Under the pieces are notes generated by a model. It made no database searches. It was given only the letters and a program-made list of their open reading frames with translations, and was not told the origin of the DNA. From positions 1,420,738 to 1,477,833 of the forward strand of contig CP070686.1 in the NCBI GenBank assembly GCA_020353055.1: DNA of 57,096 bases. Reading direction: 5' to 3'. Numbering within the stretch: the stretch's first letter is position 1; each line of letters opens with the position of its first letter. Made by a program: the position numbers and the translations under genes. This document shows, piece by piece, positions 40,080 through 51,161 of this stretch. Source of the stretch: a candidate division WOR-3 bacterium (GTDB lineage Bacteria > Hydrothermota > Tepidihabitantia > SM23-42).

Positions 40080-41305
40080 TAGACATGCCTCAAGGCATCC
40101 ACCGCTTCGAGTCTCGTGGCTCTCCGCACGGGCCATAGAGTGACGAGCACTGAAACGAAAACGCCGAAAAGGAACACATATAGCAGATTCAAATAATCTA
40201 TTTCGCCTTTTATGATGAATTTCATTGGGTATACAATGTCCATGTTTTCGAAGACACTTGAGAAGTCAAGACCAACATGAACAAGGTATAATGATATGAG
40301 AAGACCGAAGAGACATCCGAGCAGGCTCCCGAAAACACCTATCATCCCGCCTTCATAGATAAACATCTTGACAATACCCTTGTTGCTGAAGCCCATTGCC
40401 TTGAGTGTGCCAATTTCCGGAATACGTTCCATTACTGCCATCAACATTGTGTTTACAATACCGACAGCAGCGATTATCACAACAACGAGGGCGATCATGA
40501 ATTGACCAGCTCGTTTGAATCCTGAAATCTCGAATATTGCAGCATTCATCTCTTTCCAGGTCAGCACTTCATAGTCACTACCCACTTCTTGGGATATTCT
40601 TTCCTTTAGGGGTTCTAGTTTATTCTCGGCGTTCGTTCGTATGCATATTTCGGTCACGCCCTGACCTAGTGCTAACAGGTCTTGTGCCTGGGTTATTGCG
40701 ATTATCGCCATATTACGGTCGAAAAGCGGATGTCCAGTATTGATTATGCCCGAAACAGTAAGGTCGTATGCATTGTAGGTTCCGTTTCTATCTTTTGTTA
40801 TGATGGTAATATATGAACCGACATCCAGTCCCAGGTCAGAAGCAAGATTCTCACCGACAAGAACATCACCTTCACCCTGCAGGAAAGCACCGGCAACGAC
40901 TGATTCACCAATTCGGAAAATACCGTTGTCATTCTCAATATCCACGCCCATTCCCAGAACGGGAAGTTCGTCGATACCGTCGCTGATACGTGCCTGGAAT
41001 TTTACGCGTGGTGTAATTCCTTTGATTCCTGGTATCTTTCTGATTTTGTCGGTGATAGAAGCAGGATTTTCGATTATAGTGTCAAGCGGGAATACTCCTT
41101 CCTCGCGATAATAACCTTCCGCAAATATCTCGATGTGACTGGTTTCGAAGTCGATGATATTACGCGAAGCCATTTTATCGGCACCATTCATCATAGTATT
41201 CATGAAGATCATCGATGAAAGTCCTACCGAAATCGCCGCCGCAGTTATGATCGTCCTGCGCGTATGCCGGAAGATATTACGCCAGGCGATATTCACGATC
41301 TTCAT
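40079..41305 (-). CDS. ABC transporter permease (FtsX/MacB/LolE-like)
   Basis: AWRNIFRHTRRT, ERIPEIGTLKAMG. Confidence 0.88.
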   Translation of the reverse strand: MKIVNIAWRNIFRHTRRTIITAAAISVGLSSMIFMNTMMNGADKMASRNIIDFETSHIEIFAEGYYREEGVFPLDTIIENPASITDKIRKIPGIKGITPRVKFQARISDGIDELPVLGMGVDIENDNGIFRIGESVVAGAFLQGEGDVLVGENLASDLGLDVGSYITIITKDRNGTYNAYDLTVSGIINTGHPLFDRNMAIIAITQAQDLLALGQGVTEICIRTNAENKLEPLKERISQEVGSDYEVLTWKEMNAAIFEISGFKRAGQFMIALVVVIIAAVGIVNTMLMAVMERIPEIGTLKAMGFSNKGIVKMFIYEGGMIGVFGSLLGCLFGLLISLYLVHVGLDFSSVFENMDIVYPMKFIIKGEIDYLNLLYVFLFGVFVSVLVTLWPVRRATRLEAVDALRHV

Positions 41306-41994
41306 CCCTGACCTCTCGGTTTTGTTTTGTCCTCAACTATTCTACCGTCCCTCAGGTTAACGGTTCTGCGCGAATAATCCATTACCAGCTGATCGTGCGT
41401 TGAGAATATGAAGGTTGTCTTATGCTTGGCGTTCAGTTCCTGCATGAGTGCGAGAATTTCTTTTGCAGTTGTCGAGTCGAGATTTGCGGTAGGTTCGTCA
41501 GCGAGCACCATGCTAGGGTCCTTAACAAGTGCGCGTGCAATGGCAACTCGCTGCTGTTGTCCACCGCTCATCTCATTCGGGCGGCGGTTGATGAATTCAC
41601 CCAATCCTACCTCTTCAAGAAGTGCCACGATTTTGGCTTCCCTTTTATCCGTCTTCATATCAAGGAGGATAAGGGGGAGTTCGACATTTTCATAGGCGGT
41701 GAGAACAGGGATGAGATTGAAAGTTTGAAATACGAAACCAATTTGATTCTTCCGTAGTTCGGCTTTTTCCTTTGAGCCCAGTTCGCTGATATCAGTACCA
41801 TCGATGAGAATCTTTCCCTTTGTCGGTACATCGAGGCACCCAATGATGTTGAGTAATGTAGTTTTTCCCGAGCCGGAAGGACCGGCAATAGCCGTGAATT
41901 CCCCATTCTCGATCTTTATATCGATGCCTCGTAGAGCAGGGAAGAGGACCTTGCCTATTTTGTAGTCCTTATGTAGGTCTATCGCTTCGACCAA
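41302..41994 (-). CDS. ABC transporter ATP-binding protein (LolD-like)
   Basis: GPSGSGKT, MSGGQQQRVAIARAL, ADEPTANLD; AGGAGG before TTG. Confidence 0.93.
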   Translation of the reverse strand: MVEAIDLHKDYKIGKVLFPALRGIDIKIENGEFTAIAGPSGSGKTTLLNIIGCLDVPTKGKILIDGTDISELGSKEKAELRKNQIGFVFQTFNLIPVLTAYENVELPLILLDMKTDKREAKIVALLEEVGLGEFINRRPNEMSGGQQQRVAIARALVKDPSMVLADEPTANLDSTTAKEILALMQELNAKHKTTFIFSTHDQLVMDYSRRTVNLRDGRIVEDKTKPRGQG

Positions 41995-42110
41995 TATACC
42001 TCCTTTCTCAATCGAGAAATAGATTCAGATGGATTGTGGTGGATGCAGACAGATAGTATATCCGCGTCAATCAATTTCAATCCGTCTGTATCCAAATTTG
42101 CCTCTGCACA

Positions 42111-43130
42111 TTAGAAGTAGACCTTCGCCCACACATATACCGCACCGCGATAAGGCGTGATGTTTCTAAATTCGCTTTCGTCAGGACCAAAAGCATAATT
42201 CATTCCGAGGGCGATTTCCACATTATCAAAAATTGCATAATCGACTTGTGGGATAAGTATCATCCCTTCGTCACTGATATTTATTATTGAACTTATCGAT
42301 GGACGGAGAAAAGGATTTCTTAGTAGACCGATACTCACATACAGATACTGCTGGCCCAGGGTCTGCCGTTCTCCTGATGCGATCCTGGTATAGTCGTAAA
42401 GTGTTGGGTCGTCTTCTCCGCTTCCATCAAAGAAATACTCGACCATAGAATATATTGCCAAAGGAAATGTGTAGTCGATGCCTATCGATATTTTGCTGTA
42501 ATTTATCGTATCATGCCAAGTATAACTTGCTTCAGCCCAATACCCGAGGAGCAACTCTCCAGTGATTTCTCCACCGACTATTGTCCGGTGCTCAAATGAT
42601 TCATGCATAACTGTGATGCCAAGGTCATTGGCTAAGAGATTCGTTCCGATACGCGCGCCGGTTAGGGTTCTTTCAATATCCCCGCGTGGCATAACTATAC
42701 CTCTGAGACTGCTCAGTCTACCAAAGGAATAGTAGCCGAGCAACGCGTTGGTTCCTGGACGTTCATAGCCAGGTTCAAAGTAGTTCACATTGTTGAAGAT
42801 ATCGAGCGGCCTGAAAACGCGCGCTACGCCCCAGTAGAGGCTTTGTTTTCCAACGATGATTCTTGTTCGTTCATTTCCCAGCCAAAGGGCGAGTCGTGAG
42901 ATGTTTGTATTGTCAACTGCGAAAGTCACCGATGTCGTATCGTACGGTATGACCAGGTCGAGAACTATTTGTGCTCCATAATTACTGTCTTCGGTTTTAA
43001 ATTCTAGCCAGCCTCGGTTATAGCCGAGCACGTTCGTCGAGTCATTCCAGGTCAAGTATGGTCGCGTTTCTACATAACCCGATGTATTTATGCCGACGAA
43101 AACAGGCAGCAGTAGTAGTATTATGTGCAT
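42111..43130 (-). CDS. Putative outer-membrane beta-barrel protein of the LolA-like ABC operon
   Basis: GKQSLYWG..FRPLD motif, beta strands, terminal KVYF. Confidence 0.65.
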   Translation of the reverse strand: MHIILLLLPVFVGINTSGYVETRPYLTWNDSTNVLGYNRGWLEFKTEDSNYGAQIVLDLVIPYDTTSVTFAVDNTNISRLALWLGNERTRIIVGKQSLYWGVARVFRPLDIFNNVNYFEPGYERPGTNALLGYYSFGRLSSLRGIVMPRGDIERTLTGARIGTNLLANDLGITVMHESFEHRTIVGGEITGELLLGYWAEASYTWHDTINYSKISIGIDYTFPLAIYSMVEYFFDGSGEDDPTLYDYTRIASGERQTLGQQYLYVSIGLLRNPFLRPSISSIINISDEGMILIPQVDYAIFDNVEIALGMNYAFGPDESEFRNITPYRGAVYVWAKVYF

Positions 43131-43135
43131 TAATT

Positions 43136-43163
43136 AGTATACTTTGTTTTTGAGTATAGTCAA
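43136..43163 (-). promoter_or_regulatory. sigma70-type promoter, leaderless arrangement
   Basis: TTGACT-N16-TATACT-N5-ATG. Confidence 0.62.
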
Positions 43164-43345
43164 GGCGGCATGTTGTACGTTTTGGTTTTCTGACATTGAC
43201 AATGTGCGATTTTTGGGTTATTATCCATCGTGGTAATAACTGAGTACGAGTGGATGGTTGAGTGTACAAAAATATTTCATCCGTTTGCAGCTGATCATAT
43301 CTGTCTAAAGTGTAAATTTTGTTCCACAAAATTGGAGGAATAATT

Positions 43346-44128
43346 ATGGATTGGGGACTGAAGAATAGACTATCGAGAATCATCAAACCCAAGACGGGTC
43401 GGACAGTGATGCTTGCTGTTGATCACGGCTATTTCCTTGGTCCAACCAGCGGCCTTGAAGTGATCGCAAACACAGTGCAGCCCTTGCTTCCTTATGCTGA
43501 CTCGCTGATGCTTACGCGTGGTGCCTTGCGAACATCCGTGCCTGCCGGGTTTGATATACCAATTGTGTTGCGGGTGTCGGGAGGTACTAGTATATTACAT
43601 GATGATCTTTCAAATGAGGATATTACGACATCGATGGAAGAAGCGATCAAGCTTAATGTCAGTGCAGTTGCCATCTCCATTTTTGTTGGTTCTGCTCACG
43701 AGAAGGAAACACTGACAAATCTGGCTAAACTGGTGACACACGGTGAGGCATGTGGCATACCCGTGCTTGCGGTAACCGCAGTGGGCAGGGAGATGTCCAG
43801 GGATAAGAAGTATCTTTCACTATGCTGCCGCATAGCGGCTGAGTTGGGTGCGCACATCGTTAAAACATATTACTGTGATGATTTTAGGGAAGTGGTCAAT
43901 ACCTGCCCGGTGCCAATAGTGATCGCCGGCGGCAAGAAGGTATCGGAAAAAGACGCCTTGAAACTCGCACACAATGCAATAAGCAATGGCGCCGTAGGTG
44001 TCGATATGGGTAGGAACATATTCCAATCTGATAATCCCGTGGGTATGATACAGGCAGTGCGAGCGATCGTACACAAGAATGCTATGGTTGAAGACGCATA
44101 TGGACTATATAAAAACGCAAAAAAATGA
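43346..44128 (+). CDS. lsrF: LsrF-family aldolase/thiolase (DhnA class I)
   Basis: MDWGLKNRLSRI, LAVDHGYFLGP, IVKTYY, AGGKK, VDMGRNIFQS; GGAGG SD. Confidence 0.87.
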   Translation: MDWGLKNRLSRIIKPKTGRTVMLAVDHGYFLGPTSGLEVIANTVQPLLPYADSLMLTRGALRTSVPAGFDIPIVLRVSGGTSILHDDLSNEDITTSMEEAIKLNVSAVAISIFVGSAHEKETLTNLAKLVTHGEACGIPVLAVTAVGREMSRDKKYLSLCCRIAAELGAHIVKTYYCDDFREVVNTCPVPIVIAGGKKVSEKDALKLAHNAISNGAVGVDMGRNIFQSDNPVGMIQAVRAIVHKNAMVEDAYGLYKNAKK

Positions 44129-44188
44129 GCGTATTAACGCCCTGAACGAGATTAACGAACTTAGCGTTTTTGCCATTTTTTGCTGAAT

Positions 44189-45214
44189 ATGCGTGCTGCT
44201 GTATACTACAATAACAAAGATATTCGCATTGAAGAGCTGCCAAGGCCCCAGATAAGTTCGAAGGAAATACTCGTTAAGGTCATTGCCAGCGGTATCTGCG
44301 GCAGTGATGTAATGGAGTGGTACAGGATAAAGAATGCACCGAGAGTACTGGGACATGAAATTGCCGGCGAGATTGTGGAAGTTGGTACAGAGGTCAGCCA
44401 ATTCAGCATAGGCCAGAGGGTATTTGTGTCGCACCATGTGCCGTGCAATGAATGTCGCTACTGTCAATCAGGTTATCACACTGCGTGTAGCACGTTGCGC
44501 TCTACTAATTTCGATCCCGGCGGTTTTGCTGAATACTTGCGTGTTCCCGAAGCAAATGTAAAAAACGGTACACTTGTACTGCCGGATGAGGTAACGTTTG
44601 AGGAAGGAACTTTTATCGAGCCTCTTGGTTGTGTTATCCGCGGTCAACGGGTCGCCGCCGTCAAGGAAGGGGAGACCGTCCTCGTGATCGGTTCGGGGAT
44701 TTCAGGATTAATGCATATACAATTGGCGCGCATAAAAGGCGTATCCAAATTGATCGCCACCGATGTGAACGAGTACCGTCTTGAGCAGGCTTTGCGTTTT
44801 GGAGCATACACGGCGGTTGATGCAAAAGAAGATGTTGCAGACGCCGTGAGAAAAGCAAATGACGGACGGCTTGCCGATAAGGTCATTGTGTGTACTGCTG
44901 CGCTGCCGGCGTTCGAACAGGCATTTGAGTCGGTTGATTGTGGCGGTACACTGTTACTTTTTGCGCCGACCGCACCCGAAGTGCGAGTACCCTTACCTCT
45001 TTATGAGGTATATTTCAAGAGTGCAAGGATTGTTTTTTCATATGCGGCGGTTAATGATGATCTTACAGAAGCCATTGAATTATTGAGGAGCAAGAGATTC
45101 GATGCCCTCGGTATGGTAACTCACTGTTTTGGTCTCGAGGAGACGCGAAAAGGGTTTGACCTTGTCGCACAGGCCGACAGGTCGATCAAAGTGATCATAA
45201 TGCCGCAGGAGTAG
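44189..45214 (+). CDS. Zinc-dependent alcohol/polyol dehydrogenase
   Basis: GICGSD, GHE, CNECRYC...C, GSGISG. Confidence 0.9.
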   Translation: MRAAVYYNNKDIRIEELPRPQISSKEILVKVIASGICGSDVMEWYRIKNAPRVLGHEIAGEIVEVGTEVSQFSIGQRVFVSHHVPCNECRYCQSGYHTACSTLRSTNFDPGGFAEYLRVPEANVKNGTLVLPDEVTFEEGTFIEPLGCVIRGQRVAAVKEGETVLVIGSGISGLMHIQLARIKGVSKLIATDVNEYRLEQALRFGAYTAVDAKEDVADAVRKANDGRLADKVIVCTAALPAFEQAFESVDCGGTLLLFAPTAPEVRVPLPLYEVYFKSARIVFSYAAVNDDLTEAIELLRSKRFDALGMVTHCFGLEETRKGFDLVAQADRSIKVIIMPQE

Positions 45215-45228
45215 TTCCTGACACGCAA

Positions 45229-45789
45229 CTAATCTTTACTTTCCTCTGTAACTGATAGTATTTTCTTTATGAGATGGCCGGTCATGATCTTGTTCAGATG
45301 CTCAAAGCCGGCGCACCCATCGAGGTCCTGTCCTTTTATGTCCGTATAATATAATTCATCCGTCTCAGTTTTTTTCTTCTCGACTTTTACCGCATAATCC
45401 GCATCGAATATTGACATGAACTCCCGTACCGGCATTGCAAAAATACCCTTCTCCGAGTATAGTGAAATCAGTTTATCGATTTCTCTTCGGTCCTCACTGA
45501 GATGTTCGATTTCTTTCTCTATCTCTACGCGGGAGCTCGTTATCTTCCCAAACATAAATTGCATCTTTTCTGGTTCTTTGATTTCTTTGAGTTTATCCGC
45601 CCCCTTTTGGAGTACTCCCTCCAGTATCGTAACCGCCTGCTGAATTTTCTGTTTTGCTTCTGACAGACAGGTAAGATACTTGTGTATCACTTGAAAAGAA
45701 GGTATTTTCTCGAGGTTGTCATAGAACAGTTGTCCGTAGGGTTTACAGAACGGTCCTTTCTGGGGGTCTTCTAAGTCATCTAGTACCAT
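45229..45789 (-). CDS. Hypothetical protein, coiled-coil rich
   Basis: 186-aa ORF directly after eno with AGGAGG SD; no recognised motif. Confidence 0.6.
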   Translation of the reverse strand: MVLDDLEDPQKGPFCKPYGQLFYDNLEKIPSFQVIHKYLTCLSEAKQKIQQAVTILEGVLQKGADKLKEIKEPEKMQFMFGKITSSRVEIEKEIEHLSEDRREIDKLISLYSEKGIFAMPVREFMSIFDADYAVKVEKKKTETDELYYTDIKGQDLDGCAGFEHLNKIMTGHLIKKILSVTEESKD

Positions 45790-45802
45790 GGTTATCCTCC
45801 TT

Positions 45803-47116
<1,314 letters not shown>

Positions 47117-47183
47117 TCAATTCTATGATGACCTATTTTCTTTTGAATTTTATATACAAAATTGAAATTTCATATTCTTTCCG

Positions 47184-48032
47184 TCAGGCTTGCTCTGCTG
47201 CTCTCTTATTACTTCTCCCAAACATGACTTTGACGGTATCATGGGGGCATTTGTAGTAGCATTCGAGACAGCGTATGCATTCTTTTTGATTCGGACTATT
47301 ATGTACATTGATATCCATCGGACATATTTTATTGCAGATACCACATTTCGGATGTTTGCAGCCTGACTTGTCGACTTCAAAATGCACCAGGGAAAATCGA
47401 TTGAAAATCGAATAAATAGCTCCGATCGGGCAGAAAACACGGCAGAAGAATCGCTTTATGAGTATAGAAAAGATGATGACACCTACCAGAATTCCAACCT
47501 TTGTCCAGAATAACCAGCCGACGAGAGCCTTTATGTCTCCAGTTCTGTCGGCGAGCACTAAAGGAATACCTGCTTCGAGGATACCAGCTGGACATAGTTT
47601 ACAGAACCATGGTTCAAGCGTGATCCACGCTATGATACCGGCAACGCCGATCAACACGACATACTTTATGTATGTCATCCAGTGTGGTAGATTCATCTTA
47701 ATTGTCTTGAATTTGTGTAGTAAATCCTGGAGCATTCCGAACGGACAGACCCAAGCACAAGACATCCTACCGACGAGCATCCCGACGGTACCAAAGAATC
47801 CAAAGATATAGAAAGGGAAGAGGCGTAGATTGAGAAAATGCTGCAGGCCGCCCATCGGGCACGAGAATAGTGAAAGCGGACAACCCCAGCAGGTCAGAAT
47901 TGGCACGCAACCCCGTTTAAGTACTCCCTGGTAGATGAACCCGGTCCATATGGAGGGGATATAACCGAATTGGATGATCGACGCAATAATCTGTCCAATG
48001 CGGTGTGGTCTCAACCGACGATGCTTCTTCAC
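47184..48032 (-). CDS. Membrane 4Fe-4S binding protein (NapH/MauN-like)
   Basis: CWGCP...CPMG, CAWVCPFG, FCKLCPAG, FFCRVFCPIG, two C-terminal ferredoxin motifs; GTG start overlaps the upstream TGA (GTGA). Confidence 0.87.
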   Translation of the reverse strand: MKKHRRLRPHRIGQIIASIIQFGYIPSIWTGFIYQGVLKRGCVPILTCWGCPLSLFSCPMGGLQHFLNLRLFPFYIFGFFGTVGMLVGRMSCAWVCPFGMLQDLLHKFKTIKMNLPHWMTYIKYVVLIGVAGIIAWITLEPWFCKLCPAGILEAGIPLVLADRTGDIKALVGWLFWTKVGILVGVIIFSILIKRFFCRVFCPIGAIYSIFNRFSLVHFEVDKSGCKHPKCGICNKICPMDINVHNSPNQKECIRCLECYYKCPHDTVKVMFGRSNKRAAEQA

Positions 48033-48175
48033 GGTTGCAATCCCATGCAGGACAGACACATCACCGAGCCGACCGTTTCGGTCTCTACGAAATCGCCTAA
48101 TTTACCCCCATACCAAATGTTACCAATGAAGGCAAGCGTTATTACTATGATGATAATAAGCACCAGTTTTCTCAT
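48029..48175 (-). CDS. Small membrane CXXC protein (CD1871A-like), not in ORF track
   Basis: MRKLVLIIIIVITLAFIGNIWYGGKLGDFVETETVGSVMCLSCMGLQP (48 aa); AAGGGAG SD; stop overlaps the start of the 4Fe-4S gene. Confidence 0.78.
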   Translation of the reverse strand: MRKLVLIIIIVITLAFIGNIWYGGKLGDFVETETVGSVMCLSCMGLQP

Positions 48176-48317
48176 AGGACTCCCTTGAAAAGCGTAGCCT
48201 CAGACGGTAATAATACCACTGTCCCGCTTTGCAGGATCCTCGATTTTACTTGATTTGATTCATAACGAAAAATCGGGATAATCTTATTTGTTATCACCGT
48301 AATCTAAATGCGAAGCA

Positions 48318-49859
48318 TTAGAAGATGCTCGTAAGAACCATCTTAACACCCTTGAATGGTTCTTCGAATCGGCAGACGCCGCCAGAACAGATGAGGCCGC
48401 CTTTTTCAGCACCCACGCGGATCCGGAGGTTGTGCTTTGTGGTAAGATCAAGGCTCAACTCAGCAAGCGGCCAACTTGTTTGCGCACCAAGCTTATCTGC
48501 CATGCGTTCAGGTGCCTCTTCACTGCGTCGTTCATACCTTAAAGTAAACACGAACAGCTCAGGTTTGCCGATGGAAAAGGCAAGAGAATGGTCATAGTAG
48601 TCGAACGAACCTACAGTGTCAGTAGCAGTCACAAAGTTATGTTCATAGAGCGTTTCGATGAAGAACGAACCGAAGTTATATGTGAATTCAACATATGGTT
48701 TTGTTTCGCTTTTCTCTGTGAGTGGTAATTCGATGCTGTCCTTCACGAGCCTGTCCACTCCGGCGGTCAGTTCCATATCAAGGGTTGGATATGTTTGTAA
48801 CTTCACTCCTTGTTCGATGACCGCAGGCATTGTGCCGTTAGTGGTGAATATCTGCTCGAACATGCTTGCTGTCGTATCGTGTACGCTGATTTTGTTATAA
48901 TCCAATTCGGTGGTAAGGAAATCGAGCGGTGAATATAGTACCGAAGCGCCGAAACCGATCTCATCGACACCGCGGTTGACAGATATCCCGGATTCGATGG
49001 GCGTTACCGGTTCATTATAGCGGTAGTTTCTGTTATATGGGAAGCCAATCGTGTCGTAATCCATCATCTGGAAAGAGATACCGAGTCCTGGTATTGAGAA
49101 ACTTGTGCTGAAGAGCACACCTTCTCCTTTGAGCCGACCGCCGAGTCCAGGTCTTGTTCCGAGCTGCTGGGCGTACTCAAGATAGAAGTCAAAAGGGCCG
49201 ATTAGGTATCCAATGTTTCCGCCGTAGAGCTCGGTGAATGCTTCGGGCGTAAGGTTGGTTTCCTGATTGATCCTGACATAGCGTCCACCGAGAGCGACTT
49301 TTGGAATGAGTTTTGTTTCGAGATCGATCCCGCGTATCTGAGCCGTTGTATCATTATCATTCTTTATCGAATAAACATTTTCTTCAAAAAAGACATTGCG
49401 TGGTTTGCCGGAGAGGACCGTGAGTTCACTGTTGAAATATTTGAGGCCTGCCTGTATGCCGTAGAGCGATTTATCGATCTTGAAATCTTCATCCACAAAT
49501 TGGTTGAGGACGAGACCCCGTCCGAATGTTTTGTTAAAGCGACCGTACAAAATGCTGACCGGATCTCTGCTGTACTGGGCACTGTAGTCGAGATAGGATA
49601 GTTTCTGGGACTCTGGTAGTGAGGGGTCGGAAAAGAAAAAGGTGCCGCGTAGAGTAATATCACTGTAGGATAAAGAAAGTTTCAATTTTTCCTCAAGATG
49701 CTCTCTGTAATTCGTATCGCTTTCTTCATCTTCGAAAAAGACCCAGTATTCACCGTAGTTTGCGCCGCTCAGGCGCAGATCCTGTGCGTCTATTATGGAA
49801 ACAGAAAAGCAGATCAGCACAGTTGCCAGCAGTAGAATGAATCCATTTCTACTGCTCAC
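48318..49859 (-). CDS. DUF6029-like outer-membrane beta-barrel protein
   Basis: Signal peptide after GTG 49859; FGRGLVL; C-terminal GGLICSGGVCRFEEPF; terminal Phe. Confidence 0.72.
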   Translation of the reverse strand: MSSRNGFILLLATVLICFSVSIIDAQDLRLSGANYGEYWVFFEDEESDTNYREHLEEKLKLSLSYSDITLRGTFFFSDPSLPESQKLSYLDYSAQYSRDPVSILYGRFNKTFGRGLVLNQFVDEDFKIDKSLYGIQAGLKYFNSELTVLSGKPRNVFFEENVYSIKNDNDTTAQIRGIDLETKLIPKVALGGRYVRINQETNLTPEAFTELYGGNIGYLIGPFDFYLEYAQQLGTRPGLGGRLKGEGVLFSTSFSIPGLGISFQMMDYDTIGFPYNRNYRYNEPVTPIESGISVNRGVDEIGFGASVLYSPLDFLTTELDYNKISVHDTTASMFEQIFTTNGTMPAVIEQGVKLQTYPTLDMELTAGVDRLVKDSIELPLTEKSETKPYVEFTYNFGSFFIETLYEHNFVTATDTVGSFDYYDHSLAFSIGKPELFVFTLRYERRSEEAPERMADKLGAQTSWPLAELSLDLTTKHNLRIRVGAEKGGLICSGGVCRFEEPFKGVKMVLTSIF

Positions 49860-50358
49860 ACTCGCCGCCTTGTTCGAATAGTTCTCTGACTTTTGCCACA
49901 ATTATTTCTTCGTCGCCAGGTTTGTAACCTTGATGCGTGAAGACTATTTTCTTATTCTGGTCAATGATGAAGAACGTTGGCATCGCCTGCACGTTGTATA
50001 GGTCCCGCATCATGTTCTCAGGATCAAGGACAACCTTATATGTCCACTTGTGGCTCGTGGCAAAAGGCTTTACCTTAGGCACGGAACGTGTTTTATCTTG
50101 GCTTAGAGCGAGAAGCGTTATATTAAGTGAATCGAATTCTTCAGCGTAGGGTTTCAGCGCGTCGAGTTCCTTTATGCACATTTTACACCACAATGCCCAG
50201 AAGCTCATCATGACCGGCCCATCGGTTAGCAGGGAGTCAAGAATAATGGTATTACCATCGACATCCTCGAGCGTGAAGCTCGGCGCATCGGATACCGTGC
50301 CTTCATCAGCAAATGTGAAAACCAACGGCAATATCAATATCAATGCCAACTTCTTCAT
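49849..50358 (-). CDS. Exported TlpA/AhpC-TSA thioredoxin-like protein
   Basis: Signal peptide, APSFTL, FWALWCKMCIKE, cis-Pro AMPTFFIID; GGAGG SD. Confidence 0.88.
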   Translation of the reverse strand: MKKLALILILPLVFTFADEGTVSDAPSFTLEDVDGNTIILDSLLTDGPVMMSFWALWCKMCIKELDALKPYAEEFDSLNITLLALSQDKTRSVPKVKPFATSHKWTYKVVLDPENMMRDLYNVQAMPTFFIIDQNKKIVFTHQGYKPGDEEIIVAKVRELFEQGGECEQ

Positions 50359-51065
50359 TCTACCTCCTCGAATTGTTTTGTTGCAGAATGCATTATTTCC
50401 TTGGTGTCCATATTCTGGACAAAGACAACTGCGCGCATCTTATCGATGGGCATGGCATGGCTGAATGTGATCGCCGTATCAAGTGTATCCGGGAAGCCGA
50501 GTTCAATAGGGAAACGGTAGAGTTCCTCGCAGACGTAATTGAAGTCTTTTGCGAAACCCCGTATGCTGTCCTGGCAAACGGCAACGAATGTAAGCATTTG
50601 TCCTGCCGGTATCGTATCGGTAGTTACGATCGTGATCTGTATATCTCCCGCGCTTGCCGTTGCAGTTGCCGCCAACTCTAGATTATATCTTGGTGTATCG
50701 GCCTTAGCAGCAGTGATATATGAAGTATACGTGGTAATAAAAGCGTTGGGGTCTTGCTCGAATACCTGATCCGTTCCGTCGAAGATTGCCGTCGGGTAGA
50801 TCGGTGTGCCGTAGAGCGAATCACGTTCACTGAAGACAGCCGGGTTGCTGAATGTATGATTGTAGGAAATGATTGCAAGCGAGTCACCATACATATCCGC
50901 TATGCTATCGAGCGCCTGCTCCGCAGACGCACAGAACGGTCACATGTCATCCGTAAAGAACTCAATGAGCACAGTGCGATTGGTCGGTGCGGGCAATTCC
51001 GGCGCTTCTGAACAGAATATTGCCAGAATGGCTAATATGGGTAGAAAGATAATAATTTTCTTCAT
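50355..51065 (-). CDS. Omp28-like thioredoxin-fold lipoprotein, putative selenoprotein (UPFC, Sec42)
   Basis: MKKIIIFLPILAILAIFC lipobox; RTVLIEFFTDDM-TGA(50940-50942)-PFC continues in frame into the ORF 50355-50894; YPTAIFDG; SECIS-like hairpin. Confidence 0.85.
50912..50930 (-). promoter_or_regulatory. Putative bacterial SECIS element
   Basis: GCGUCUGC-GGA-GCAGGCGC, starting 9 nt after the in-frame UGA. Confidence 0.72.
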
Positions 51066-51070
51066 AGGAA

Positions 51071-51098
51071 ATTATATCGGTAAATACTTTGCTGTCAA
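51071..51098 (-). promoter_or_regulatory. sigma70-type promoter, leaderless arrangement
   Basis: Consensus hexamers TTGACA-N16-TATAAT-N5-ATG. Confidence 0.7.
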
Positions 51099-51113
51099 TG
51101 TTTTTTGTTCTCC

Positions 51114-51143
51114 AAAAAAAAGGGGCAGGTGGATACCTGCCCC
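51114..51143 (-). terminator. Rho-independent terminator
   Basis: 9-bp stem GGGGCAGGT/ACCTGCCCC followed by T8 on the minus strand. Confidence 0.85.
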
Positions 51144-51161
51144 ATAATACTAAGTCTCACG

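Noticed and set aside
42010-42110. Imperfect inverted repeats between the outer-membrane gene and the ABC ATPase as a CRISPR or terminator
   Set aside because: No regular repeat-spacer periodicity and no U-tract; at most a degenerate intergenic repeat.
43225-43345. Possible riboswitch or ncRNA in the roughly 120-nt lsrF leader
   Set aside because: Only weak pairing (GGATG/CATCC) and no recognisable aptamer or terminator; an Rfam/Infernal scan would be needed.
48029-48031. Sec readthrough of the small CXXC protein's TGA
   Set aside because: Another in-frame TGA follows after five codons, there is no clear hairpin, and the TGA overlaps the next gene's GTG start.
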